Shown here: positions 1 through 13,900 of the stretch, one piece after another | Numbering within the stretch: position 1 is the stretch's first letter | Layout: each line of letters starts with the position of its first letter | From: Eledone cirrhosa | Lineage: Eukaryota | NCBI GenBank assembly: GCA_964016885.1 | Contig: OZ024744.1 | Span: forward strand, 62,001 to 126,000 | Length of the DNA stretch: 64,000 bases | Reading direction: 5' to 3' | Position numbers and translations under genes: made by a program | The notes under the pieces: model-generated | Told to the model about the DNA's origin: nothing | The model's database searches: none | The model's input: only the letters and a program-made list of their open reading frames with translations

Positions 1-956
1 TATATTGTATTGTGGTGTAGTATATTGTAATCCGGTGTGACAAAGAGTAGTGCCGTGTGACATATCCCAGTGTTGGCTGGTATATTGTAGTGTGGTGTGG
101 CATAGTGTAGTGTGGTTTGGTATATGGTAGTATGGTATATTGTAGTGTGGTGTGCTATATTATTGTGTGGTGTGGTATAGTGTAGTGTGGTGTGATATAT
201 TGTAGTGTGGTGTAGTATATTGTAGTCTGGTGTGATAAAGAGCAGTGTGGTGTGGCATAGCCCAGTGTTGTCTGGTATATTGTAGTGTGGTGAGATACAA
301 TGTAGTGTGATGTGATATATCGTAGTATGTTGTGATATAGTGTAGTGTGGTAATGTTTAGTGTTGTGCGATATTTTGTAGTGTGGTGTGGATATTGTTTT
401 GTGTTGTGATATAGTGTAGTGTAGTGTAATATAGTGTAGTGTGGTATAGTGTAGTGTGGTGTGATATACTGTAGTGTGGTGTTATATATTTAAGAGTGCT
501 GGATATACTATAGTGTGGTGTGATATATAGAAGTGTGATATAGTGTTGTGTGGTGTGGTATATTGTAGTGTGATGCGGTATATTGTAGTGTGATGTGGTA
601 TATTGTAGTGTGGTGTGATATAGTGCAGTGTGGTGTTATATATTGTAGTGTGGTGTGATATAGTGTAGTGTGATGTGATATATTGTAATGTAGTGTGATA
701 TATTGTAGCGTGGTGGGATTTATTGTAGTGTGGTGTGATATAGTGTAGTGTTGTGTGATATATTGTAGTGTGGTGTGGTATACAGTAGTGTAGTTTGATA
801 TAGTGTAGTGTGGAGTGGTATATTGTAGTGTGGTGGGATATATTGTTATGTGGTGTGGTATATTGTAGTGAGGTGTGGTATATTGTATTTTGTTGTGTAG
901 TATATTGCAGTGGGGTGTGATAAAGTGAAGTGTGATGTGGTATAGCGTAGTGCTGT
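1..956. repeat. Pentamer-based satellite, ~20-bp consensus TAGTG-TGGTG-TGATA-TATTG (left part)
   Basis: Continuous degenerate array of TAGTG/TGGTG/TGATA/TATTG pentamers. The minus-strand His/Tyr/Thr/Ile ORFs here are translations of the repeat. Confidence 0.95.
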
Positions 957-3900
957 TTATCATCATCATCATCATCATCGTTTAACGTCCATGTTCGACG
1001 CTTGCATGGGTTTGGACGGGAGCTTTCCCACATGAGGCAAGAGTGGTTGTCTTGCTCGCATAGGACTCTCTGGCGGGTTTTCTACAGTTGGATGCCCTTC
1101 CTAACACCAGCCACATTTACAGTGTGGGGCTGGGAGGTTTTTACCGTTTTGCCTACACGGCCACATTTACAGTGTGGACTGTTTTTTTTGTTTGCGTGAC
1201 ACCTACACGATCTCATTTGTTTCGGCCTGGATTTTGTGGCACCAACATAACTTTACATTGAAAGGGGCGGTGTGGATGGGGTGGGGGTGGGGGGACGGTG
1301 GTGTATTTTGTTAGAGATGCCTACTGAGTGTAGTAGGTTTAACTTTGTATTTAGGTAAGGCGGGTCTTTTTTATTACTGAGTACCGCCAAAGGTCTCGGT
1401 CCACTGACATTGTCTTGGAGAGTTGTAAGTGTGTGAGGTGGGAATTTATCAGCTCGTCCCAGGTTTTTCTCGGTCTGCCTACTCCGTGGCTACCGTCTAT
1501 CTTTATTGCCCTGCACTTTGCTATACAGCTGGCTTCTTTCATGCGCATCACGTGATCATACCAACGTAGCCTTCTCTCGAGTAAACAACATCTGAATCCT
1601 CTTATTTCTAATTTTTTCCTTAGTTCGTTTATGCTTTGCCGTTCACGTATATTACTATTACACATCCAGCGGAGCATGCAAGCTTCGTTCCTCTCTAGTC
1701 TGCGTATATCCTCTGCACACAATGCCCAGGTCTCACTGCCATGCAACATTGCTGTTCGTATGCAGGCATCATACAACCTGCTTTTCATTTTTAGGGAGAA
1801 CCCTTTAGCGGCTAATAGTGGTATAAGCTCTCTGAACTTTTTCCATCCAGTTCTGACTCTAGCTACTGTACTTTCCGAGCACCCTCCCCCACTGCTGATT
1901 TTGTCACCCAGGTAACGGAAGCTGTCCACTATTTCTATAGAACCCTCTGCGCAATTGAAAGAGCTAGTATTTTGTGGGCACTTGCTGCTACTTATTGCAC
2001 CAGAACACCGGCCACATGTAAACTCTGTGTTCTTAGTTAGCTTACCTGTGATCCCACTACATCTTTTATGCACCCATACTTTGCATTTGGGACATAAAAT
2101 GGAGTTTCTACCTACGCCTTTCCTACACACTGAGCATGGACATTTCCCGGAAGGGCCCGGCGACTTATTTTCTTTCCTACAAACTAGAACTTTAGTCTTA
2201 GCCAGGTTAATTTTAAGGCCTTTTGATTCTAGGCCGTGCTTCCATGTTTGGAATTTCTTCTATAGCTCGGCCATTGATTCAGCTATGAGTGTTAGATCAT
2301 CTGCGTATAGGAGTTCCCATGGGCAGCCGGTCTTGAACTCCTCTGTTATAGCCTGAAAGGCAATCATAAATAGTAGGGGGATAAGAACAAAGCCCTTATG
2401 GACACCAACTTTTACGCTAAACTCTTCACTATATTCGTTGTTAATTCTAACCTTGCTCACTGTTTCTTTATACATGGCTTGTATAGCTCTCACAAGCCAT
2501 TCGTCAACACCTAGTTTTCTAAGAGCCCACCAGATAATGGAACGGGGGACTCTGTTGAAGGCTTTCTCCAAGTCGACAAAAGCTAAGTATAGGGGTTTAC
2601 TTTTAGCTAGGTACTTCTCCTGTAGTTGTCGTACAATGAAAAGAGCGTCTGTGGTACTTTTGCCTGACACAAACGCGAACTGCATTTCATCTAGATCGAT
2701 TCTCTCTCTGATTAGTTGCACTATTACTTTTTCCGTGACCTTCATGACCTGGTCGATTAATTTAATGCCTCTATAGTTACTCCTATCTAGGGCGTCTCCT
2801 TTACCCTTGTAACAGTTAATGATGATGCTGCTACGCCAGTCCTTCGGAACAACCCCATTCTGTATGACTTGGTTTACTATCCGGGTGACCATGGTGTGTC
2901 CCACCGTTCCAGAGGCCTTCAGCATCTCAGCAACTATTTCCGAAGGCCCAACCGCCTTACCCGTCTTCATATCTTTGATTGCCTTACTTATTATACTACC
3001 TTCAACTAACACTGCTGGTCCCTCTATTGGATCGATCTGGGGGAGACTATCCTTCTCCCATTTATTCTCCTCATTTAGTAGCCTCTCGTAGTGACACTTC
3101 CAAGCGACCTTCTTATCAGCGTCAGTGATGGCGAGTACGCCATCATCATTTAGTACACACTTCTCCCCAACAATATCACGGTTTTCCTTGACACATTGCC
3201 TAGCAATCCTGAACACCTCACGTTTTTGGTCCTCGCGTTGTAGAAAATGCTTGAACTTTATTTCCTCTGCTTCCCTTCTTGCGAAGTACACTTGTCTCCT
3301 AGCTTCTCTCCTGGCCACTTGATAGTATTCTCTACTTCCCCCATCCCGCCATACTTTCCAAGCCTGCTTTTTGGCCTTAATCGACTCCTCCACCTTACTG
3401 TTCCACCACCACGTTACTCTCCTCCTGCCTATAGGCCTGCTCCGGCCACAGACTTCGTCTGCCGCCATTAGCAGGTTTGCTTTCAGGAATTCCCACTGTC
3501 CCTCTATATTGTCCGACTCTAAATGCTCTTCCTTACTGTCGAAAGCATCAAGTAATATGCTTTGAAATTTATTTCTGGCTGTGGGGTCCTTTAGCTTCCA
3601 TATTTTTCTCCTGAGGATAGTCCTCTTCTGCTGTCGAGTACGTCTCGAGGTCGCTAATTATCAGTCTATGTTGGGAAGTGCATTCTTCATGGGGGAGGGA
3701 TTTAGTGTTTACAACAGTCACTCTGTCACGTCTTCTGGTAAGGATATAATCTACCTGGCTGGTATGTTCCCCTGATCTGTAGGTGATCAAGTGATTGTCT
3801 CATTTTTTGAAGTTAGTGTTACAGATTGTTATGTTATTTTCGTCACAGAATTCCAGGATTCTGGAGCCTTCCTCATTTCTAGTACCAAACACATAGCCTC

Positions 3901-4920
3901 CATGGATTTCATCATAGCCGTCACAATGTTGTCCAACGTGACCATTTAGGTCGCCAGCAATAATTATATAGTCACTGTCGGTTATTTGGGAGGTAGTGAG
4001 CATCAGTGTCTCATCGAAAGTGCCTTTTATAGCGCCAGGCAGTCCGGATTGGGGCGCATACGCAGTTATTATCGTCACAGTAGTTCTATTTAGAACAAGT
4101 CTTATTTTAATTATTCTGTCGTTTACTCTATTTACGTCTATTATCTTATCCACCCATTTTTCTGCTAACATGATTCCTACCCCACCCAGCCCATTGTCAT
4201 TTCCCACCCAGAAAAGCTAAAAGCATCGTTTTTTACCCACAATGAATCTAGCAGACCCGCGCCTCCACCTGGTCTCTTGGATGCAGCAGACATCAACCTC
4301 CTTACGTTCAAGCATTTCTACAACCTCGTTTGAGCGACCTTTTAAGGTCCCTACATTCATGGTACCAACTCTGAAGTTTTGGATTGCGTTTGGTGGGTGG
4401 GGTGCAGGGTGGGGTGAGGTTGATGGGGTTGGGGGTATGTTGGCCATCCGCGGCCGCAACAAAGAGGGTGGGGCTTTGCCCTTTCGTCCGGCAGCATGAG
4501 GTGAATTTGTCGTTATCTTTTGCATTGTCTTCGGGTGTCCAGATTCTTCTGACACTCCAGAAATTCCCTAGTTCATCCATCATATCGAAAAAGCAACCAG
4601 GAGTGCTAGCATAGGTCGTTTACTTGTGATTGGTCCAAATAATAAGGTGGAGAGTGGGGGCGGGTGGGAGGGGTATGGGTAGTTTGCGAGGAGCAGAATT
4701 ATTTTTAGAACAACGGTGAGACAGAACAGAATTATAGAAAGCCAATTTTGAATACGATTTTTAGATTCTGGGGGATTGTAAGATATATAGATGAATGAAC
4801 CGAATGTGGAGAGTTGAGAAGAAAATGAAATATTTACGTTACATTTCGTAGAAGAAAACTGAAGAAGCGACAATCAATAATAGGAGACAAATTCTGGGTT
4901 TAGTCCCCTGTAACAAGATT
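957..4920 (-). mobile_element. RTE-clade non-LTR retrotransposon, near full length, inserted in the satellite
   Basis: AP-endonuclease motifs (GTMNVGTL, CCIQETRW, AYAPQ, IAGDLNGHVG, SQVDYIL, SQHRLI) are followed by RT motifs (YKGKGD, NYRGIKL, FVDLEKAFNRV, LLYADDL, FRYLG) and a C-terminal GRPRKTW. The 3' tail is (GAT)n, seen as catcatcat at ~958-980. Confidence 0.93.
1351..4555 (-). pseudogene. Disrupted RTE ORF (AP endonuclease + reverse transcriptase + Cys-rich insert)
   Basis: ORF-track pieces 4217..4555, 3800..4207, 3569..3790, 2260..3468 and 1351..2130 are consecutive parts of one RTE polyprotein, broken by a stop at 4217 and frameshifts near 3800, 3600 and 2260. Confidence 0.9.
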
Positions 4921-7900
4921 TATAGTAGTATATTGTAGTATATGTAGTATATTGTAGTATGTGTAGTATATTGTATCCTGGTGCGGTATTGTGTAGTGTG
5001 ATGTGGTATATACTAGTGTGGTGTGGTATAATGTAGTGTGATGTGGTATATTGTAGTGTGGTGTGATAGAGTCTAGTTTTGTTCGGTATACTGTAGTGTA
5101 GTATGGTATATTGTAGTGCCGTGTGATATATTGTAGAGTGATGTGATATAGTCTAGTGAGATGTGATATATTGTAGTAGGTTGTGATATAGCGTAGTGTG
5201 GTATATTGTAGTGTGGTGTGATATATTGTAGTGTTGTGTGGTATACTGTAATGTGGTGTGGTATACTGTACTTTGGGGTGGTATATTGTAGTGTGGTGTG
5301 GGATAGTGTAGTGTGAAATGAAATAATGTATTGTGGTCTGGTATGTTGTAGTGTGGTGTGCTATATTATTGTATGGTGTGGTATATTGTAATGTGGTGTG
5401 ATATATTGTAGTGTGGTGTGCAATATTGTAGTGTGGTATATTGTAGTGTGTTGTGGTATAATGTAGTGTGGTGTGACATTTTTTAGTGTGATGTGATATA
5501 GTGTAGTGTGATGTGATATATTGTAGTAGGTTGTGATTATAGTGTAGTGTGATATATTGTAGTGTGGTGTGATATAGTGTAGTGTGGTTTGATATATGGT
5601 AGTGTGGTGTGGTATATTGTAGTGTAGTGTAATATAGCGTAGTGTGGTGTGGTATATTGTAGTGTGATGTGATATAGTGTAGTGTAGTGTAATATAATGT
5701 AGTGTAGTGTGGTATAATGTAGTGTGGTGTGTTATATGTAGTGTGGTGTGGTAGAGTGTAGTGTGGTCTGATATACTGTAGCATGGTGTTATATATTGTA
5801 GTGTGGTGTGATATACTGTAGTGTGGTGTGATATATAGTATTGTGATATAGTGTTGTGTGGTGTTGTATATTGTAGTGTGATGCGGTATATTGTAGTGTG
5901 ATGTGGTATATTGTGGTGTGGTGTGATATAGTGCAGTGTGGCGTTATATATTGTAGTGTAGTGTGATATATTGTAGTGTGGTATGGTATAGTGTGGTGGG
6001 ATATACTGTAGTGTGGTGTGGTATAGTCTAGTGTCGTGCGGTATAATGTAGTGTGGTGTAGTATACTGTTGTGTGGTGTGATATATTGTAGTGTGGTTTA
6101 ATATATTGTAGTGTGGTGTGGTATATTGTAGTGTGGTGTGGCATATTGTAATGGTGTGTGATATATGGTAGTGTGATGTGATATAGCGTAGTGTGGTGCG
6201 GTACACTGTAGTGTGGTGTGATATAGTGTAGTGTGATGTGATATATTGTAGTGTCGTTTGATATATTGTAGCGTTGTGGGATATATTGTAGTGTGGTGTG
6301 ATATAGTGTAGTGTGGTGTGGTATAGTATAGTGTGGTGTGGTATACTGTAGTCTAGTTTGATATAGTTTAGTGTGGAGTGGTATATTGTAGTGTGGTGGG
6401 ATATATTGTAATGAGCGTGGTATATTGTAGTGTGGTGTGGTATAGTGTAGTGTGGTGTAGTATATTGTAGTGGGGTGTGATAAATTGTAGTGTGGTGTGG
6501 TATAGCGTAGTGCTGTGTAGCATATTGTATCCTGGTGCGGTATAGTTTAGTGTGATGTGGTATATAATAGTGTGGTGTGGTATAATGTAGTGTGCTCTGG
6601 TATATTGTAGTGTGGTGTCATATATTGTATTCTGGTATAGTGTGATGTGGTATATAATATTGTGGTGTGCTATATTGTAGTGTGATGTGGGATAGAGTAG
6701 TGTGATGTGAAATAATGTAGTTTGGTGTGATGTATTATAATGTGGCGTGGTATATTGTATTGTGGTGAAATATATTGTAGTGTGGTGTGATATAGTGTAG
6801 TGCTGTGTGACATACTGTACGTTGGTGTGGTATATTGTAGTGTGGTGTGGGATAGTGTAGTGTAATGTGAAATAATGTATTGTGGTCTGGTATGTTGTAG
6901 TGTGGTATATTGTAGTGCGGTGTAGTATATTGTAGTGTGGTGTGCTATATTATTGTGTGGTGTGATATAGTGTAGTGTAGTGTGGTGTGCTATATTGTAT
7001 TGTGGTGTGGTATATTGTAGTGTGGTGTGATATATTGTAGTGTGGTGTGATATATTGTAGTGTGGTGTGGTATCTTGTAGTGAGGTGTGATATAGTGTAG
7101 TGTGGTGTGACATATTGGAGTGTGAAGTGATACAATGTAGTATGCCCGTGATATATTATAGTAGGTTGTGATATAGTGTAGTGTGGTATATTGTAGTGAG
7201 GTGTGATATATTGTAGTGTGGTGTGATATATTGTAGTGGTGTGGTATAGTGTAGTGTGGTTTGATATATGGTAGTGTGGTGTGGTATATTGTTAGTGTAG
7301 TGTAATGTAGTTTAGTGTGGTGGGGTATATTGTAGTGTCTTGTGATATAGTGTTGTGTAGTGTAATATAGTGTAGTGTGGTGTGGTATAGAGTAGTGTGG
7401 TGTGATATATGGTAGTATGGTGTGGTATAGTGTAGTGTGGTGTGATATACTGTAGTGTGGTGTTATATATTGTAGTTAGGTGTGATATACTGTAGTGTGG
7501 TGTCATATACAGTAGTGTGATATAATGTCGTGTGGTGTGGTATATTGTAGTGTGATGTGGTATATTGTAATGTGATGTGGTATATTGTAGTGTGGTGCGA
7601 TATAGTGCAGTGTGGCCAGATATAGATATAGTGCAGTCTGGCCAGATATATTGTAGTGTGGCGAGGTATAGTGTAGTGTGGTATAATATTTCGTAGTGTG
7701 GTGTGGTATAGTGTGATGGGATATATTGTAGTGTGGTGTGATATATTCTAATGTGGTGTGGTATGTTGTAGTGCGGTGTAGTATAATGTAGTGTGTTGTG
7801 ATGTATTGTTGTGTGGTTTTATATATTGTAATGTGGTGTGGTATATTGTAGAGCGATGTGATATAGTCTAGCGTGATGTGATATATTGTAGTAGGTTGTG

Positions 7901-10900
7901 ATATAGTGTAGTGTGTTATACTGAAGTGTATTGTTGTGTGGTATACTGTAATGAGGTGTGGTATACTGTACTTTGGGGTGGTATATTGTAGTGTGGTGTG
8001 GGATAGTGTAGTGTGAAATGAAATAATGTATTGTGGTCTGGTATATAGTAGTGTGGTGTAGTATATTGTAGTGCGGTGTGCTATATTATTGTATGGTGTG
8101 GTATATTGTAATGTTGTGTGATATATTGTAGTGTCGTGTGCAATATTGTAGTGTGGTATAATGTAGTGTGGTGTGACATTTTTTAGTGTGATGTGATATA
8201 TTGTAGTGTGATGTGATATAGTGTAGTAGGTTGTGATATAGTGTAGTGTGATATATTGTAGTGTGGTGTGGTATATTGTAGTGTGATGTGATGTAGTGTA
8301 GTGTAGTGTAACATAGTGTAGTGTAGTGTGGTATAATGTAGTCTGGTTTGATATATGGTAGTGTGCTGTGGTAGAGTGTAGTGTGGTCTGATATACTGTA
8401 GTGTGGTGTTATATATTGTAGTGTGGTGTGATATACTGCAGTGTGGTGTGATATATAGTAGTGTGATATAGTGTTGTGTGGTGTGATACAGTGCAGTGTG
8501 GCGTTATATATTGTAGTGTAGCGTGATATATTGTAGTGTGGTATGGTATAGTGTGGTGGGATATACTATAGTGTGGTGTGGTATAGTCTAGTGTGGTGTG
8601 GTATAATGTAGTGTGGTGTAGTTTACTGTTGTGTGGTGTGATATATTGTAGTGTGGTTTGATATATTGTAGTGTGGTATATTGTAGTGTGGTGTGGCATA
8701 TTGTAGTGATGTGTGGTATATGGTAGTGTGATGTGATTTAGTGTAGTGTGGTGTGGTATACTCTATTCTGGTGTGATATAGTGTAGTGTGATGTGATATA
8801 TTGTAGTGTAGTGTGATATATTGTAGCGTTGTGGGATATATTGTAGTGTGGTGTAATATAGTGTAGTGTGGTGTGATATATTGTAGCGTGGTGTGGTATA
8901 CTGTAGTCTAGTTTGATATAGTGTAGTGTGGAGTGGTATATTGTAGTGTGGTGGGATATATTGTAATGAGTGTGGTATATTGTAGTGTGGTGTGGTATAT
9001 TGTAGTGTGGTGTAGTATATTGTAGTGGGGTGTGATACATTGTAGTGTGGTGTGGTATAGCGTATTGCTGTGTAGTGTATTGTATCCTGGTGCGGTATAG
9101 TGTAGTTTGATGTGGTATATAATAGTGTGGTGTGGTATAATGTAGTGTGCTGTGGTATATTGTCGTGTGGTGTCATATATTGTAGTCTGGTATAGAGTGC
9201 TGTGGTATATAATATTTTGGTGTGCTATATTGTAGTGTGATGTGGGATAGAGTAGTGTGATGTGAAATAATGTAGTTTGGTGTGATGTATTATAATGTGG
9301 AGTGGTATATTTTATTGTGGTGAGATATATTGTAGTGTGGTTTGATATAGTGTAGTGTTGTGTGGTATACTGTATTTGGTGTGGTATATTGTAGTGTGGT
9401 GTGGGATAGTGTAGTGTGATGTGGAATAATGTATTGTGGTCAGGTATGTTGTAGTGTGGTATATTGTAGTGTGGTGTAGTATATTTTAGTGTGGTGTGCT
9501 ATATTATTGTGTGGTGTGATATAGTGTAGTGTTGTGTGGTATACTATACTTTGGTGTGGTATATTGTAGTGTGGTGTGGGATAGTGTAGTGTGGTGTGAT
9601 ATATTGTAGTGTGGTGTAGTATATTGTAGTCTGGTGTGATAAAGAGTAGTGTGGTGGAGCATAGCTCAGTGTTGTCTGGTATATTGTAGTGTGGTGTGGA
9701 ATAGTGTAGTGTGATGTGTTATATTGTAGAGTGGTGTGGTATAATGTAGTATGATGTGACATTTTGTAGTGTGATGTGATATATTGTAGTGCGGTGTGGT
9801 ATCTTGTAGTGTGGTGTGATATAATGTAGTGTGGTGTGATATGTTGGAGTGTGATGTGATATAAATATAGTGTGATGTGATATATTGTAGTAGTTTGTGA
9901 TCTAGTGTAGTGTGGTATAGTTTAGTGTTATGTGATATATTGTAGTGTGGTATGGATATTATAGTGCGTTGTGATATAGTGTAGTGTAGTGTAATATAGT
10001 GTAGTGTGGTGTGGTATAGTGTAGTGTGGTGTTATATATTTAAGTGTGGTGTGATTTACTGTAGTGTTGTGTGATATATAGTAGTGTGATATAGTGTTGT
10101 GTGGTGTGGTATATCGTAGTGTGATGCGGTATATTGTAGTGTGATGTTGTATATTATAGTGTGGTGTGATATAGTGCAGTGTGGTGTTATATGTTGTAGT
10201 GTGGTGTGATATAGTGTAGTGTGGTGTGATATAGTGTAGTTTTGTCTGATATATTGTAGTGTGGTGTGGTATACAGTAGTGTAGTTTGATATAGTGTAGT
10301 GAGCAGTGGTATATTGTAGTGTGGTGGGATATATTGTAATGTGGTGTGGTATATTGTAGTGTGGTGTGGTATATTGTAGTGTTGTGTAGTATATTGTAGT
10401 TGGGTGTGATAAAGTGTAGTGTGATGTGGTATAGCGTAGTGCTGTGTAGTATATTGTGTCCTGGTGCGGTATAGTATATTGTGATGTGGTATATACTAGT
10501 GTGGTCTAGTATAATGTAGTGTGCTGTGGTATATTGTAGTGTGGTGTGATAGAGTCTAGTACTGTTCGGTATATTGTAGTGTGGTGTGGAATATTGTAGT
10601 GTGGTATATTGTAGTGTGGTGTGAGATTTTTTAGTGTGATGTGATATATTGTAGTAGGATGTGATATAGTGAAGTGTGATATATTGTAGTGTGGTATGAT
10701 ATAGTGTAGTGTAGATTGATATATGGTAGTGTGGTGTGGTATATTGTAGTGTAGTGCGATATAGCGTAGTGTGGTGTGGTATATTGTAGTGTGATGTGAT
10801 ATAGTGTAGTGTAGTGTAATATAGTGTAGTGTTGTGTGGTATAATGTAGTTTGGTGTGATATATGGTAGTATGGTGTGGTAGAGTGTAGTGTGGTCTGAT

Positions 10901-13900
10901 ATACTGTAGTGTGGTGTTATACATTGTAGTGTGGTGTGATATACTGTAGTATGGTGTGATATATAGTAGTGTGATATAGTGTTGTGTGGTGTTGTATATT
11001 GTAGTGTGATGTGGTATATTGTGGTGTGGTGTGATATAGTGAAGTGTGGTGTTATATATTGTAGTGTAGGGTGATATATTGTAATTGTGGTATGGCATAG
11101 TGTGGTGGGATATTGTAGTGTGGTGTGGTATAGTCTAGTGTGGTGTGGTATAATATAGTGTGGTGTAGTATACTGTAGTTTGGTGTGATATATTGTAGTG
11201 TGGTTTTATATATTGTAGTGTGGTATGAAATAGTGTAGTGTGATGTGATATATTGTAGTGTAGTGTAATATAGTATTTCGTGGTGTGATATATTGTAGTG
11301 TGGTGTGGTATATTGTAGTCTAGTTTGATATAGTGTAGTGCGGAGTGGTATATTGTAGTGTGGTGGGCTATATTTAAATGAGTGTGGTATATTGTAGCGT
11401 GGTGTGGTATGTTGTAGTGTGGTGTAGTATATTGTAGTGGGGTGTGATAAATTGTAGTGTGGTGTGGTATAGCGTATTGCTGTGTAGTATATTGTATCCT
11501 GGTGTGGTATAATCTAGTGAGGGGTGGTATATAATAGTGTGATGTCATATATTGTAGTCTGGTATAGTGTGCTGTGGTATATAATAGTGTAGTGTGCTAT
11601 ATTTTAGTGTGATGTGGGATAGAGTAGTGTGATGTGAAATAATGTAGTTTGGTGTGATGTATTATAATGTGGAGTGGTATAGTGTATTGTGATGAAATAT
11701 ATTGTAGAGTGGTGTGATATACTGTAGTGCTGTGTGGTATACTGTACGTTGGTGTGGTATATTGTAGTGTGGCGTGGGATAGTGTATTGTGATGTGAAAT
11801 AATGTATTGTGGTCTGGTATGTTGTAGTGTGGTATATTGTAGTGTGGTGTAGTATATTGTAGTGTGGTGTGATATAATGTAGTGTAGTGTGGTGTGCTAT
11901 ATTGTAGTGTGGTGTGGTATATTTTAGTGTGGTGTGATATAATGAAGTGTGGTGTGATATATTGTAGAGTGGTGTGGTATGGTGTAGTGTGATTTCGATA
12001 TAGTGTAGTGTGGAGTGGTATATTGTAGTGTGGTGTAGTATATTGTAGTCTGGTGTGATAAAGAGTAGTGTGGTGTGACATATCCCAGTGTTGGCTGGTA
12101 TAGTGTAGTGTGGTGTGGCATAGTGTAGTGTGACATGGCATATGGTAGTGTGGTGTGGTATAAGGTAGTGTGGTGTGACATTTTGTAGCGTGATGTGATA
12201 TATTGTAGTGTGGTGTGGTATCTTTTAGTGAGGTGTGATATAGTGTAGTGTGGTGTGATATATTGGAGTGTGATGTGATATAATGTAGTTGGCACGTGAT
12301 ATATTATAGTAGGTTGTGATATAGTGTAGTGTGGTATATTGTAGTGAGGTGTGATATATTGTAGTGTGGTGTGGATATTGTAGTGTGGTGTGATATATTG
12401 TACTGTGGTGTGGTATAGTGTAGTGTTGTTTGATATATGGTAGTGTGGTGTGGTATATTGTAGTGAAGTGTAATGTAGTTTAGTGTGGTGGGGTATATTG
12501 TAGTGTCTTGTGATATAGTGTAGTGTAGTGTAATATAGTGTAGAGTGGTGTGGTATAGAGTAGTGTGGTGTGATATATGGTAGTGTGGTGTGGTATAGTG
12601 TAGTGTGGTGTGATATACTGTAGTGTGGTGTGATATATAGTAGTGTGATATATTGTCGTGTGGTGTGCTATATTGTAGTGTGATGTGGTATATTGTAATG
12701 TGATGTGGTATATTGTAGTGTGGTGCGATATAGTGCAGTGTGGCCAGATATAGATATAGTGCAGTCTGGCCAGATATATTGTAGTGTGGCGAGGTATAGT
12801 GTAGTGTGTTATACTATTTTGTAGTGTGGTGTGGTATAGTGTGATGGGATATATTGTAGTGTGGTGTGATATATTCTAATGTGGTGTGGTATGTTGTAGT
12901 GCGGTGTAGTATACTGTACTGTGTTGTGATGTATTGTTGTGTGGTTTTATATATTGTAATGTGGTGTGGTATATTGTATTGTGGTGTGGCATATTGTAGT
13001 GAGGTGTGGTAATTGGTAGTATGGTGTGATATGGTGTAGTGTGGTGTGATATAGTGTAGTTTAGTGTGGTATACTGTAGTGTGGCGTGATATAGTGTAGT
13101 GTGGTGTGATATATTGTAGTGTAGTGTGATATATTGTAATGTGGTGTGATATATTGTAATATGGTGTGATATGGTGTAGTGTAGTGTGATATATTGTAGT
13201 GTGTTGCGGTATACTGTTGTGTAGTTTGATATAGTGTAGTGTGGATTGGTATATTGTAGAGTGGTGGGATATATTGTAATGTGGTGTGGTATATTATAGT
13301 GTGGTGTGGTATATTGTAGTGTGGTGTAGTATATTGTAGTGGTGTGTGATCAAGTTTAGTGTGGTTTGGTATATTGTAGTGTGGTGTGATAAACTGTAGT
13401 GTTGTGTGATATATAGTAGTGTGATATAGTGTAGTGTCCGTCTGGTATAGCGTAGCGCTGTGTAGTATATTGTATCCTTGTGCGGTCTAGTGCAGTGGGA
13501 TGTGGTATATAATAGTGTGGTGTGGTATAATGTAGTGTGGTGTGGTATATTGTAGTGTGATATGGTATATTGTAGTGTGCTGTGGTATATTGTAGTGTGG
13601 TGTGATATATTCTAGTATTGTGTGTTATATTGTAGTGTGGTGTCGTATATTTTAGTACCGTGTGATATATTGTAGAGTGAAGTGATATAGTGTAGTGTGA
13701 TGTGATATATTGTAGTAGCTTGTAATATAGTGTAGTGTTGTATATTGTAGTGTTATGTGATATACTGTAGTGTGGTATATTGTAGTGTGTTGTGATATAT
13801 TGTAGTGTGGTGTGATGTATTATAATGTGGAGTGGTATATTGTATTGTTGTGAGATATATTGTAGTGTGCTGTGATATAGTGTAGTGGTGTATGGTATAC

